Positions 54,889 through 64,000 of a DNA stretch of 64,000 nucleotides are shown here, one piece after another (within the stretch, counting starts at the first letter, position 1; every line of letters begins with the position of its first letter). Source of the DNA: an uncultured Candidatus Saccharimonas sp. (GTDB lineage Bacteria > Patescibacteriota > Saccharimonadia > Saccharimonadales > AQU-01); contig CALRGT010000001.1 of assembly GCA_943358095.1 (NCBI GenBank), forward strand, positions 450 through 64,449, read 5' to 3'. The translations under genes and the position numbers were made by a program. The notes under the pieces were generated by a model. It did not search any database and was not told the DNA's origin. It saw only the letters and a program-made list of their open reading frames with translations.

Positions 54889-55577
54889 AAGACTCATCTG
54901 CAAACGATAGCAAAAAACCTATTAAAGAACATGGGACTACATCGTCATATGTGGCAGGATTTGTACTTTCGTTAATCTTTACCATAATTCCATATTATTT
55001 AGTCATAAACCATAAATTTTCCACATCGGCACTAATTTCGACAATTATTAGTTTTGGAATTGCTCAGATGATTGTCCAAGTTGTTTTCTTTCTGCACTTA
55101 GGCAGAGGCCCAAAACCCTTTTACAATATAGTATTCTTTTTTGCAACAGTTGGACTAATTGTAGTAGTGATTGGTGGATCAGTATTTATCATGAATAACT
55201 TGCATTATAATATGACTCCTTCAGAAGCAAGTAAGCATCTGGCCGAAAAAGAAGCAATATATCAAGTAGAGGGGACGCTAACTGGTGCCTGCCAAAAAAT
55301 ACTCGCTAATCATGTCGTGACTATTTCTGGAGGAAAAGTAACCCCGCATCATACCGACGCACGACTTTGCGACACCTTAACATTCATAAACCAGGACAGT
55401 AGAGTAAGTATCATCACCTTTGGCCCGCACCCTAGACACGAGACATATTCCGGCGAGTCAGAACTTACAGTAAAAAAAGGGAAAAACAAAACAATAACAC
55501 TTAACCAGTCTGGCATGTATCAATATCATGATCATCTTGATCCTACGATTGCTGGCGATTTTATAGTAACTAAATAA
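54885..55577 (+). CDS. cyoD: Quinol oxidase subunit IV (CyoD-like) fused to a ~120-aa C-terminal soluble domain
   Basis: N-terminal ~110 aa with 3 TM helices as in CyoD; C-terminal Cys/His-containing beta-rich extension (ACQKILANH...CDTLTF...YQYHDHLD). Confidence 0.6.
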   Translation: MKDSSANDSKKPIKEHGTTSSYVAGFVLSLIFTIIPYYLVINHKFSTSALISTIISFGIAQMIVQVVFFLHLGRGPKPFYNIVFFFATVGLIVVVIGGSVFIMNNLHYNMTPSEASKHLAEKEAIYQVEGTLTGACQKILANHVVTISGGKVTPHHTDARLCDTLTFINQDSRVSIITFGPHPRHETYSGESELTVKKGKNKTITLNQSGMYQYHDHLDPTIAGDFIVTK

Positions 55578-56455
55578 TGGCAGAGCAAATATCTATTAAC
55601 AAAATCAGAAACTACGTCGCGCTAACTAAGCCTGGCATTATTCGTGGAAATCTTATAACAGCTTTGGCTGGATTTTTTTTAGCCTCCGACGGCCATGTAA
55701 ATATTTCGCAACTATGTTATAGCTTACTCAGCATTAGCCTTGTCATAGCTTCAGGTTGCGTTTTCAATAATTACATAGATCGAGAAATAGACAAAAAAAT
55801 GATAAGGACTAGTAAGCGTGCTCTGGTGTCAGGCGAAATTTCTAACAAGAACGCACTAATATTTGCATCAATTTTGGGTATGACTGGTTTCTTGATTATT
55901 GTGTTCCGCCTAAACCTACCAACACTATATGCGGGACTTACGGGTTTTATATTCTATGTTGTTATTTATTCTTACTTCAAGCGTCGCTCGACACACGGCA
56001 CACTCATAGGCGGCGTTTCTGGGGCTACTGCTTTACTAGCAGGATACGTTGCAGTCACTAACAGATTCGACGCCGCATCAATGATTTTGTTCTTCATTAT
56101 GTTGTTCTGGCAAATGCCACACTTTTACGCAATTGCCATATACAGCCTTAAGGATTACAAGGCTGCCGGCATCCCAGTTCACCCTGCAGTTTATGGAATC
56201 CATTCAACCAAATTAAGCATGCTCATATATACGGGACTATTTGTTATTTCAACAGTTCTGCTGGCCGCATTCGGCTACACAGGACTAACGTATTTAGTGA
56301 TAATGACATTACTTAGCGCCATTTGGCTAAGAATGGCAGTGGACGGACTCAAGACGAAAAATGACGACAAATGGGCTAGGCAAATGTTTGGTTTTTCACT
56401 ACTAATGCTACTGACTTTTAGCCTTCTAATTGGACTAAATTTTATCCTGCCATAA
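55577..56455 (+). CDS. cyoE: Protoheme IX farnesyltransferase (heme O synthase)
   Basis: UbiA-superfamily polytopic protein, N-terminal NYVALTKPGIIRGNLITALAGF typical of CyoE/CtaB; operon position. Confidence 0.85.
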   Translation: MAEQISINKIRNYVALTKPGIIRGNLITALAGFFLASDGHVNISQLCYSLLSISLVIASGCVFNNYIDREIDKKMIRTSKRALVSGEISNKNALIFASILGMTGFLIIVFRLNLPTLYAGLTGFIFYVVIYSYFKRRSTHGTLIGGVSGATALLAGYVAVTNRFDAASMILFFIMLFWQMPHFYAIAIYSLKDYKAAGIPVHPAVYGIHSTKLSMLIYTGLFVISTVLLAAFGYTGLTYLVIMTLLSAIWLRMAVDGLKTKNDDKWARQMFGFSLLMLLTFSLLIGLNFILP

Positions 56456-56476
56456 TTATTATGCTATAGTTAAAGT

Positions 56477-56746
56477 ATGATTTTAATAACACACATTTTT
56501 ATGGCAATTAGCAGTTTAATATTAACCAGTGCGTCAATATTTTGGCCTAGTAGTCAAAAACTTAGGGCCTCCTATGCGCTGATTACTGGCACACTAGCTT
56601 CAGGAACATATCTAGTAGTTTTAAATCCCTCAAGCCTTAAACAGTCATGTATTAGCGGACTTATCTACACTTCAATTGCTCTAATTGGCGTAATAAAAGC
56701 ACAATCAAGACTTCGAGAAATCAAAGTCCGAGCCAAGTCAGAATAA
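56477..56746 (+). CDS. Hypothetical small membrane protein (3 TM)
   Basis: 89 aa hydrophobic ORF tightly following cyoE. Confidence 0.35.
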   Translation: MILITHIFMAISSLILTSASIFWPSSQKLRASYALITGTLASGTYLVVLNPSSLKQSCISGLIYTSIALIGVIKAQSRLREIKVRAKSE

Positions 56747-56758
56747 GCAAAGTACTGA

Positions 56759-57769
56759 CTAATTTAATAGCTTCTGATACTTATCTAAAGCAAGGTTTTT
56801 AAGTGCCCAATCGGCATATATACTAGGTACTCTTGCGAGTGTGTGGAAGTTGTCATTCTTATCGCTTTTTAGAATATCCGATGCCTGCGTATTTATTTCT
56901 GAAATTCTTCTGTAGGTTTCTGTTATAGAGCCGTCGACAGTCATAACATCTAATAGTTCAGGGAGTAAGGCTAGATCAAATCTATCATTTAAATATTTAG
57001 ATACATTAGAACCTTCTGACTTTAAAGATAATAAGATGGGCAGGGTATACACGCCTTCTTTAACGTCGTTACCGCTAAGTTTACCAATCAATTTTGCATC
57101 ACCGATGAGATCAAGCAGATCATCAACCAGCTGAAAGGAACGGCCAAAATTAATACCAAATTCAGCGAGACGAGATAATTTATCCTTGCTCAGTCCCGCA
57201 CAAAGTCCTCCAATTCTACAGGTAGCCGACATGAGGGCGGATGTCTTGCCATCAATAGCTCTAAACATAGAATCAATAGAGCGCTTCGTATTGTAACTAT
57301 CGGCCATCTCAAAAATCTGGCCAATAGTCATCTCGCGAAAAGCTGAGGCTAAAACTAACCCACAATCTGACGAGATAGCAGAAGCCATTTCGATGGACTT
57401 CGCAAATAGATAATCTCCAGCTAAAATTGCGTAATCCACTCCCTCACGAGCATTAATAGTAGCCACCGACCATCTGCTGTCTGCATTGTCGATAATATCG
57501 TCGTGAATCAAGCTGGCAATATGTAATAACTCAATTGACGCAGCTAATGTCAGAACCTTCTCATCTATTTCTTGGCCACAAGCCATAACTACAGCTATCA
57601 ATATAGCTGGGCGTAATCTTTTGGCCTTAGGGCTCAACATTCTAGTTAAAGACTGCTTAATAGGCTTAGGGGCGTCACTCAAACGAGTTAATAATATCGA
57701 GTTTAGGCGGACTTGATAGTCGCTCCATTCTGGTATATTCAGCGATTCGGCTATAGAGAATTTATTCAT
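56759..57769 (-). CDS. Polyprenyl diphosphate synthase (trans-isoprenyl diphosphate synthase family)
   Basis: First (LIHDDIIDNAD) and second (FQLVDDLLD) aspartate-rich motifs; 336 aa. Confidence 0.8.
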   Translation of the reverse strand: MNKFSIAESLNIPEWSDYQVRLNSILLTRLSDAPKPIKQSLTRMLSPKAKRLRPAILIAVVMACGQEIDEKVLTLAASIELLHIASLIHDDIIDNADSRWSVATINAREGVDYAILAGDYLFAKSIEMASAISSDCGLVLASAFREMTIGQIFEMADSYNTKRSIDSMFRAIDGKTSALMSATCRIGGLCAGLSKDKLSRLAEFGINFGRSFQLVDDLLDLIGDAKLIGKLSGNDVKEGVYTLPILLSLKSEGSNVSKYLNDRFDLALLPELLDVMTVDGSITETYRRISEINTQASDILKSDKNDNFHTLARVPSIYADWALKNLALDKYQKLLN

Positions 57770-58102
57770 CAGTACTTATCATTCTACTTTAAATATATAT
57801 TATTGATTAACTATATAAGAATTACATCTAGAAAAAAATATAGACAAAGGTTGTGTTTATTGACCATATACTATATAATATAATCTAATTAGTACAATAC
57901 AGTAGTTTTTTATATGACCCATAAATCAAACCATCTAGAAATTAAACAAAATAGTATTAGCGGACAATTAACTTCTAAGAAGTTAGCTGCCATTCTTGGC
58001 CTAATCTTAGTAATTTTTGTCGGCGCCGTACTTAAGATCTAGTCAGCTTTAACGAGCAAATATTAACCACACAGGCTTGTTTTGTCGTGCTAATATATAG
58101 TT

Positions 58103-58873
58103 ATGACTAATTTTTTACTTACAGCGCTAGCCGTGTCCTTGATATTAAACTTAAGTCTTTTTCTTGTTGCATTTCGCTTCCAAACAGATAGGCTGACTGA
58201 CGCATCTTACGGTATAACATTTATCATTCTGGCTATCTACGGGTTTGTCACAGGCCATGCAACTAAATTTCATTTGTTAATTCTTTTGATGGTGATCATA
58301 TGGGCAGTCCGCTTGAGTGGGTTCTTACTTTACCGGATATGGCAAAAAAAGAAGGATGCACGATTCGACGAAATGCGTCACAGCTTTTGGATGTTTGGTC
58401 GTTTTTGGCTCCTACAGGGCTTGGCAGTATGGGTAATCCTCATACCGGGTCTGCTTGGGTTGCACCAAAATGCAATTGTAAGCGGAAGATTAGCAGCGAT
58501 AGGCTTTTTGATATGGAATACAGGACTCGTAATCGAATCAATTGCAGACATACAAAAATATAGATTTTCAATTGGTACTAAACCACGCAATCCATGGATA
58601 GCTACTGGATTATGGAAATACTCCCGCCATCCTAATTACTTAGGTGAAATAATGGTTTGGGTAGGCATGTATGCACTAGTTTTTGAATCGCTATCAACAA
58701 AGGGAAGGCTAGTAGGACTAGTTAGCCCGTTATTTATTATCATACTGCTGTTATTTGTCAGCGGCATACCAATCCTAGAAAAGAGCGCCGACAAAAGATG
58801 GGGCAAACTAAAAGAATACAAAGCCTACAAGGCCAGAACTAGCGTGCTACTACTTTTGCCAAACAAAAAATAA
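58103..58873 (+). CDS. DUF1295 / steroid-5-alpha-reductase-like membrane protein
   Basis: C-terminal WKYSRHPNYLGEIMVWVG signature shared by ICMT/PEMT/DUF1295 membrane proteins; 256 aa, multiple TM. Confidence 0.6.
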   Translation: MTNFLLTALAVSLILNLSLFLVAFRFQTDRLTDASYGITFIILAIYGFVTGHATKFHLLILLMVIIWAVRLSGFLLYRIWQKKKDARFDEMRHSFWMFGRFWLLQGLAVWVILIPGLLGLHQNAIVSGRLAAIGFLIWNTGLVIESIADIQKYRFSIGTKPRNPWIATGLWKYSRHPNYLGEIMVWVGMYALVFESLSTKGRLVGLVSPLFIIILLLFVSGIPILEKSADKRWGKLKEYKAYKARTSVLLLLPNKK

Positions 58874-58874
58874 T

Positions 58875-60536
58875 CTAGAAGTGCTTGCGAATGTGAGCCA
58901 TCGTAAAGTCCCAATCAGCATCGGTTTTCTTGTGTGGATTAAGGACATTTGTAGGGTCAAATATGTCCTTAACTTCTTTAAAGTAGCCATAAATCTGCTT
59001 ACCGTACATTCTTTCGAGCCAAGACCCACGAATCATTCCGTCGTTATGCTCGCCAGATAGTGACCCGCCATAGCTCAAAACTAAATCATTAACTTCCTTC
59101 ATAACTGGAGTGATTTTCGCCACTTCCTTAGGGTCTTCAATTTTCATCAGTGGAATAATATGAAAGTTACCGTCGCCCATATGACCTGCAACAGTAGCTA
59201 ATAATTTGTACTTATTCAGTATTACTCTTAGTTCAGGCAAAAATTTAGGCAAATGAGCTGGAGGCACTACCAAGTCATCGATGAATGGCGCAGTGTGCTT
59301 ATCCTTCACTTTTTTACGAAGCAAGTTAAAGCTTTCTCGTCGCATTATTCTAAACTTCCAAGCTTTAGCCGGCGTACCATCTTCTTCGATGGCCTGCATT
59401 TTATACTTCTTTAATTGATCGTGCATATTTTTAATTTGTTCGTTAACAGACGCTTGAGTGTCGCCGCTAAATTCAATCAAAAGTATTATCTTAGGGATTC
59501 CCTTCATTAAGACTAGAGCATCAGGTATAAGACTAATCCCTAACTTAGCTAGCCCCAGCCAGCCGAGATTTTTACGAAAATAAGGGAAGAACTTGATGGA
59601 AAGATTTAGCGTGTAATTATCAAAAGACTCAAAACTAATAGGCTTGTTCTTCATTACATCATTAATAACTTCGCCTAGTTCATTGGTGTTCTTCATGAAA
59701 CACACCAAAACTCCAGTAAACTTTTCAACGGGTTGTAGCCTAAATTTAATGTCTGTTATAAGCCCAAGAGCGCCTTGTGACCCGACAAGCAACTTAGACA
59801 TATCAAATATTTCTTTTTCACGGTCCCACACATCCCACAAATTATAACCCATAGAGTTTTTGCTGACATGCGGCTTGGCTGCTTTGATTGCATCGTAATG
59901 ATTATTAACGAGTTCGTATGTCTTGCGGTATATTTCACCCTCAAAACCTTTTAGTTTAAACTTATCGTCTAGCTGCTTCCTATTCAACGGCCCAAATGTA
60001 TACTCATTTCCATCTACCATAACTGCTTTAAGTTCGTCGACAAAATTAATTGTTTTACCATAGCGCAGTGACATTTCGCCACCAGAGTTATTGGAAACCA
60101 TGCCGCCGACAGTACATAGCTCACGCGAGGCAGGGAAGCTAGGCATTAAAGCCCCATGCTTAAGAGTTTCTGGTTCAAAATCACGATAATATACTCCGGG
60201 ATCAACTCTAGCGCTAGTGCTACTTACTTCGTGAGTTTTATTAAAATGCTTAGTGAAATCGACAATTATCGAATCATTGATTGGCCCGCCAACCATACAA
60301 CTGCCTCCGCTTCTTGCAGTTATTGACAGGTTGGGGTTAGACTTTTTATTTGTTGTGACATATTTTATAAGATTTTTTATATCATCACTGTCCATAGGAG
60401 ATACAACTAACTCTGGCTTCATTTCTAGCATACTTGCGTCGTGGCTATAGAATTCAATAATTTCAGGAGTATCTTCCACCTCGCCTTTAATTATCTTATG
60501 TAGATCATCTTTCAAGCTGGATTGTTGATTGCTCAT
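58875..60536 (-). CDS. FAD-linked oxidase (PCMH-type FAD-binding domain + C-terminal oxidase domain; GlcD/D-lactate dehydrogenase-like)
   Basis: 553 aa; FAD-binding region (ITARSGGSCMVGG, CTVGGMVSNNSGG) and C-terminal HMGDGNFH / GGSLSGEHNDG motifs. Confidence 0.7.
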   Translation of the reverse strand: MSNQQSSLKDDLHKIIKGEVEDTPEIIEFYSHDASMLEMKPELVVSPMDSDDIKNLIKYVTTNKKSNPNLSITARSGGSCMVGGPINDSIIVDFTKHFNKTHEVSSTSARVDPGVYYRDFEPETLKHGALMPSFPASRELCTVGGMVSNNSGGEMSLRYGKTINFVDELKAVMVDGNEYTFGPLNRKQLDDKFKLKGFEGEIYRKTYELVNNHYDAIKAAKPHVSKNSMGYNLWDVWDREKEIFDMSKLLVGSQGALGLITDIKFRLQPVEKFTGVLVCFMKNTNELGEVINDVMKNKPISFESFDNYTLNLSIKFFPYFRKNLGWLGLAKLGISLIPDALVLMKGIPKIILLIEFSGDTQASVNEQIKNMHDQLKKYKMQAIEEDGTPAKAWKFRIMRRESFNLLRKKVKDKHTAPFIDDLVVPPAHLPKFLPELRVILNKYKLLATVAGHMGDGNFHIIPLMKIEDPKEVAKITPVMKEVNDLVLSYGGSLSGEHNDGMIRGSWLERMYGKQIYGYFKEVKDIFDPTNVLNPHKKTDADWDFTMAHIRKHF

Positions 60537-60639
60537 AACCTTTCTCCTGGGCCATACTATTTATTTTTATCTATATTATATATAAAGCTTAACCGTTGTT
60601 AGCTAAAATCACAAAACATAATGTACAATAGTACTAACT

Positions 60640-61833
60640 ATGAAAAAAATTGTCGTTATTGGAGGAGGATTCGCTGGTATTTCGGTTATACGCGACCTTA
60701 GGGACGTTGAAGACGCGGAGATTATCTTAATATCAAATGATACCGAATTTCGCTACACACCAGCGCTTTATCACACAGCTACTGGTGGTTTAAAGCGCGA
60801 ATCTTCTATGCCTGTTCAAGATCTAATAAGCACGACTCCTAGAGCCAAATTCATTTTAGCCAAAGCAGATAAAATTGATCGTGCCAAAAAATCAATTTCA
60901 TTAGATAATGGCGACACCATACATTATAACTACTGTGTTCTTGCGCTTGGAGTAATTACTAATTATTTTGGAGCAGAAGGCTTAGACAGATACAGCTACA
61001 GTATAAAATCAGCCAAAGAAGTAGAAAAACTGAAGCAACATTTGCATGAGCAGCTCATAGACGATAAACGCACTGATGACAATTATGTAATTGTCGGCGC
61101 CGGCCCAACAGGAGTTGAACTAGGATCCGCTCTAGGTGCATATATCAAGAAGATAGCTCGACTCCATAAAGTCAAAAAAAATAAGGTGACAATCGAAATC
61201 GTTGAGGCAGCAGACAGAATTCTGCCTTCATTGTCAGAAAAAGCAGCCAATATTGCCTTAAAAAGACTAAAACAAATTGGTGTTAAAGTCTCTGTAAAAA
61301 GTCGTGTTAAATCAGAAACTCGAGAAGGCCTAATACTAGAAGACCGCACCATAGAAACCCAAACCGTCGTATGGACAGCAGGCATATCAAATAATCCTTT
61401 TTTCCAGAACAATGCCGACCAATTCATGCTAGACAAAAAAAATAAGGTTATTGTTGACGATTATATGTGCGTAGATAAATTTGTATTTGTAGTTGGTGAT
61501 AATGCAGCCACGAAATTCAGCGGAATGGCCCAGACCGCCATAGTGCAAGCCAAATATGTGAGTCACGGTATTAAAAGATTACTAGCGGGCAAGGAATTTA
61601 AACCTTTTAAACAGGCTAGCCCTATTTATGCGATACCTATCAGCCCAAAGCAGGCAATCATAACATGGAAGAATCTATCTTTTGGTGGATTTATAGGTGG
61701 AGCTCTAAGATCAGTCGCCGATCTAATTGGCTATGCAGATATCATGGGATACAGGAAGGCCTTCAGTCTTTGGACGAACAGCGAACATTACGAAGAAACT
61801 TGTTCTGTTTGCAACGCCGCAAATATTAAATAG
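60640..61833 (+). CDS. ndh: Type-II NADH:quinone oxidoreductase (NDH-2)-like flavoprotein
   Basis: N-terminal KKIVVIGGGFAG dinucleotide motif and second VIVGAGPTGVE motif; 397 aa. Confidence 0.65.
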   Translation: MKKIVVIGGGFAGISVIRDLRDVEDAEIILISNDTEFRYTPALYHTATGGLKRESSMPVQDLISTTPRAKFILAKADKIDRAKKSISLDNGDTIHYNYCVLALGVITNYFGAEGLDRYSYSIKSAKEVEKLKQHLHEQLIDDKRTDDNYVIVGAGPTGVELGSALGAYIKKIARLHKVKKNKVTIEIVEAADRILPSLSEKAANIALKRLKQIGVKVSVKSRVKSETREGLILEDRTIETQTVVWTAGISNNPFFQNNADQFMLDKKNKVIVDDYMCVDKFVFVVGDNAATKFSGMAQTAIVQAKYVSHGIKRLLAGKEFKPFKQASPIYAIPISPKQAIITWKNLSFGGFIGGALRSVADLIGYADIMGYRKAFSLWTNSEHYEETCSVCNAANIK

Positions 61834-61894
61834 TGCCGCAAGACCAGCTCTGTAATGTGTGTGACTATATCTTCAACTAGTCTACAATATAGTA

Positions 61895-64000
61895 ATGACT
61901 AGATTCGCAAAAGAATACAGCAAGCTAAACGAAGCCCAAAAGTTAGCAGTCGACCAAATTGAAGGCCCTGTACTGGTTATAGCAGGTCCAGGTACGGGCA
62001 AAACTCAGCTGCTAAGCATGCGGGTAGCCAATATTCTACAGAAGACCGACACATTGCCCCAAAATATTCTTTGTTTGACTTTTACCGATTCAGCTACGGC
62101 TACACTACGTAAAAGATTAACCAATCTAATCGGCCAGACAGCCTATGATGTGAGCATAAATACTTATCACTCTTTTGGTAGTGATTTAATTAGGCGAATG
62201 CCGGAATATTTTGTTGATGATTCAGATATGCGACCAGCCGACGATTTGAGCATAGACCAAACTTATAGAGATATACTAGGGAAACTATCTTATTCCAATC
62301 CTCTAAAATTCTCTACAAGAAACATAAGTAATATACGCTCCATGATAAGTGATTTTAAGCGAGCACTAATGTCGCCAGACGACGTTCGAGCTATTGCAGA
62401 AGCTAACCTAAAATTTATTAGTTCAATGAGCGAAACGACTGTGCGTATTTTGGGCACAATAAAACGAATGGACAAGTCCGCTATACCCAAATTCGCAGAA
62501 CTAGCCGAAGAAACTACAGACAAATATACTAGTGGCGCTGAATTACCGCGAAATACTAGACCAATGCACGAACAGTGGCAAGAAGAACTTGAACTTGCAC
62601 TAGAATTCTATGACGAAACAGGTAAAACTAACGAAATAACTGGCTGGAAGAATAACTGGCTCGCCAAGAATAGTAATGCTGAATTTATTGTCAAAAACGA
62701 GATGACGTCAAAAAAATTGTTAGCGATGGCAGACGTATATCAGGACTATTTAAAGTCATTAGAAAGTCAGCAACTATTTGATTACGACGACATGATCATG
62801 AAAGTGATTAAGGGCCTACAAACCAATGACGATTTGCGCTACACAATACAAGAGCAATATCAGTACATTATGTTAGATGAGTTTCAAGATACAAATATCG
62901 CTCAAATGGATTTGATTAATCTACTTGCCGATAATCCAGTAAATGAAGGCCGTCCAAACATCATGGCGGTAGGAGACGATGATCAGGCCATCTACGCTTT
63001 TCAGGGCGCAAAATACTCTCATATGCTTGCATTTTATAATACCTACAGGGAAGTAAAGGTAGTTACTCTAATAGAAAATTATCGCTCACATAAGGATATA
63101 TTATTCATAGCTCATGGGGTTGCTGAACAAATCCAATCTAGACTTCATCATAACTTTACAGAAATTAACAAAACACTAACTGCCAGCAACTCCGGTCTGC
63201 CAAATAAGGCTGAGATTGAGAGACGAGAATTCAAGACAGACTTAGCGGAATACGGATGGATCACCAGACAAGTTGGTGACTTGATAAGCGGTGGAGTAGA
63301 CCCAAATGAGATAGCAATACTGGCACCACAACATCGTTATCTTGAACCTTTAGTGTCGTTTTTTGCTAAAGCAGGAATAGCTATACGCTACGACAAACAA
63401 GAAAATGTTTTAGATAATCCAATAGTCTTAGAACTAACACAGATGTGCCACTTAATTACGGCAATTAACCGCGGGGACGACGAAACGGCAGGTAGTTTGT
63501 GGGCGGAAGTTTTAAGTTACGAATACTGGAATCTTCCAACTAGCACGATCTGGGAATTGTCTTGGCAGGCCAATGACGAGAAGAAAGACTGGACTAATAT
63601 ATTACTGGCAAATCCATCAACAAAAATGATTGCACTATTCTTTATTAGACTAGGATTTATCATTAAATCAGAAACACTAGAGACTATGCTAGATTACATA
63701 ATTGGCGTAAAAGAACTCGACCTTAAAGAGGATGAAGTTGAAGCTTATAGTTCTCCATTTTACCAATACTATTTTAACGACAAGATGCTGGTCGATGAAC
63801 CTACTAAATTCTGGGACTTACTAAACAACTTAACTGTACTTAGACAGCATTTACGAGAATACAAACAGCAAGATATAAGTCCACTAAATTTGCATGATTT
63901 TATTGATTTCGTTGTGGCACACCGATTAGCAAATATTAAAATCCTAAACACTAGTCCATACAACCAATCAGATAATGCTGTACAACTAATGACGACATTT
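61895..64000 (+). CDS. UvrD/PcrA-like superfamily-1 DNA helicase, 3' truncated by window edge
   Basis: Open frame from ATG 61895 to window end (702 codons): motif I VIAGPGTGKTQLL, motif II IMLDEFQDTN, motif III MAVGDDDQAIYAFQGA, motif IV LIENYRS. Confidence 0.8.
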   Translation, partial: MTRFAKEYSKLNEAQKLAVDQIEGPVLVIAGPGTGKTQLLSMRVANILQKTDTLPQNILCLTFTDSATATLRKRLTNLIGQTAYDVSINTYHSFGSDLIRRMPEYFVDDSDMRPADDLSIDQTYRDILGKLSYSNPLKFSTRNISNIRSMISDFKRALMSPDDVRAIAEANLKFISSMSETTVRILGTIKRMDKSAIPKFAELAEETTDKYTSGAELPRNTRPMHEQWQEELELALEFYDETGKTNEITGWKNNWLAKNSNAEFIVKNEMTSKKLLAMADVYQDYLKSLESQQLFDYDDMIMKVIKGLQTNDDLRYTIQEQYQYIMLDEFQDTNIAQMDLINLLADNPVNEGRPNIMAVGDDDQAIYAFQGAKYSHMLAFYNTYREVKVVTLIENYRSHKDILFIAHGVAEQIQSRLHHNFTEINKTLTASNSGLPNKAEIERREFKTDLAEYGWITRQVGDLISGGVDPNEIAILAPQHRYLEPLVSFFAKAGIAIRYDKQENVLDNPIVLELTQMCHLITAINRGDDETAGSLWAEVLSYEYWNLPTSTIWELSWQANDEKKDWTNILLANPSTKMIALFFIRLGFIIKSETLETMLDYIIGVKELDLKEDEVEAYSSPFYQYYFNDKMLVDEPTKFWDLLNNLTVLRQHLREYKQQDISPLNLHDFIDFVVAHRLANIKILNTSPYNQSDNAVQLMTTF

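Overview
The window reads as a compact, low-GC (~42%) bacterial chromosome segment dominated by highly conserved core operons on the + strand. From what the sequence shows directly: (i) the 3' part of the S10 operon, then the spc and alpha operons (rplP' to rplQ, 1..10572), then rplM-rpsI; (ii) pheA-like, trpS, rluD and holB-like genes; (iii) a tRNA cluster (Tyr, Thr, Thr, Trp) with rpmG; (iv) secE-nusG-rplK-rplA ... rplJ-rplL; (v) dnaX-dnaB-ybaB-recR; (vi) nrnA and cysS; (vii) a cell-envelope cluster (two GT4, VanY, CapA, PBP5-type D,D-carboxypeptidase, Ddl); (viii) a cyoABCDE quinol-oxidase operon with polyprenyl synthase and NDH-2; and a 3'-truncated UvrD-like helicase. There is no rpmD (L30) between rpsE and rplO, and no adk/map after secY. 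Several ribosomal proteins carry long extensions and L36, L33 and RecR lack their zinc ribbons. All of this is typical of reduced-genome Patescibacteria/CPR (Saccharibacteria-like) lineages, but that assignment is inference, not proof. The most unusual content sits where the conserved operons are interrupted. A phage-like dTMP-synthesis island (T4 gp1-like dNMP kinase, DHFR, dCTP deaminase, and a 750-aa thymidylate kinase fused to a tandem-duplicated, reciprocally degenerate ThyX) is inserted between rplA and rplJ. An orphan protein carrying only a sigma-70 region-4 HTH sits in the adk/map slot. A kinase/DUF45 hydrolase/GT2 trio is inserted between tRNA-Trp/rpmG and secE. A duplicated tRNA-Tyr 3' end looks like an integration footprint. 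No CRISPR array, rRNA or obvious transposase was found.
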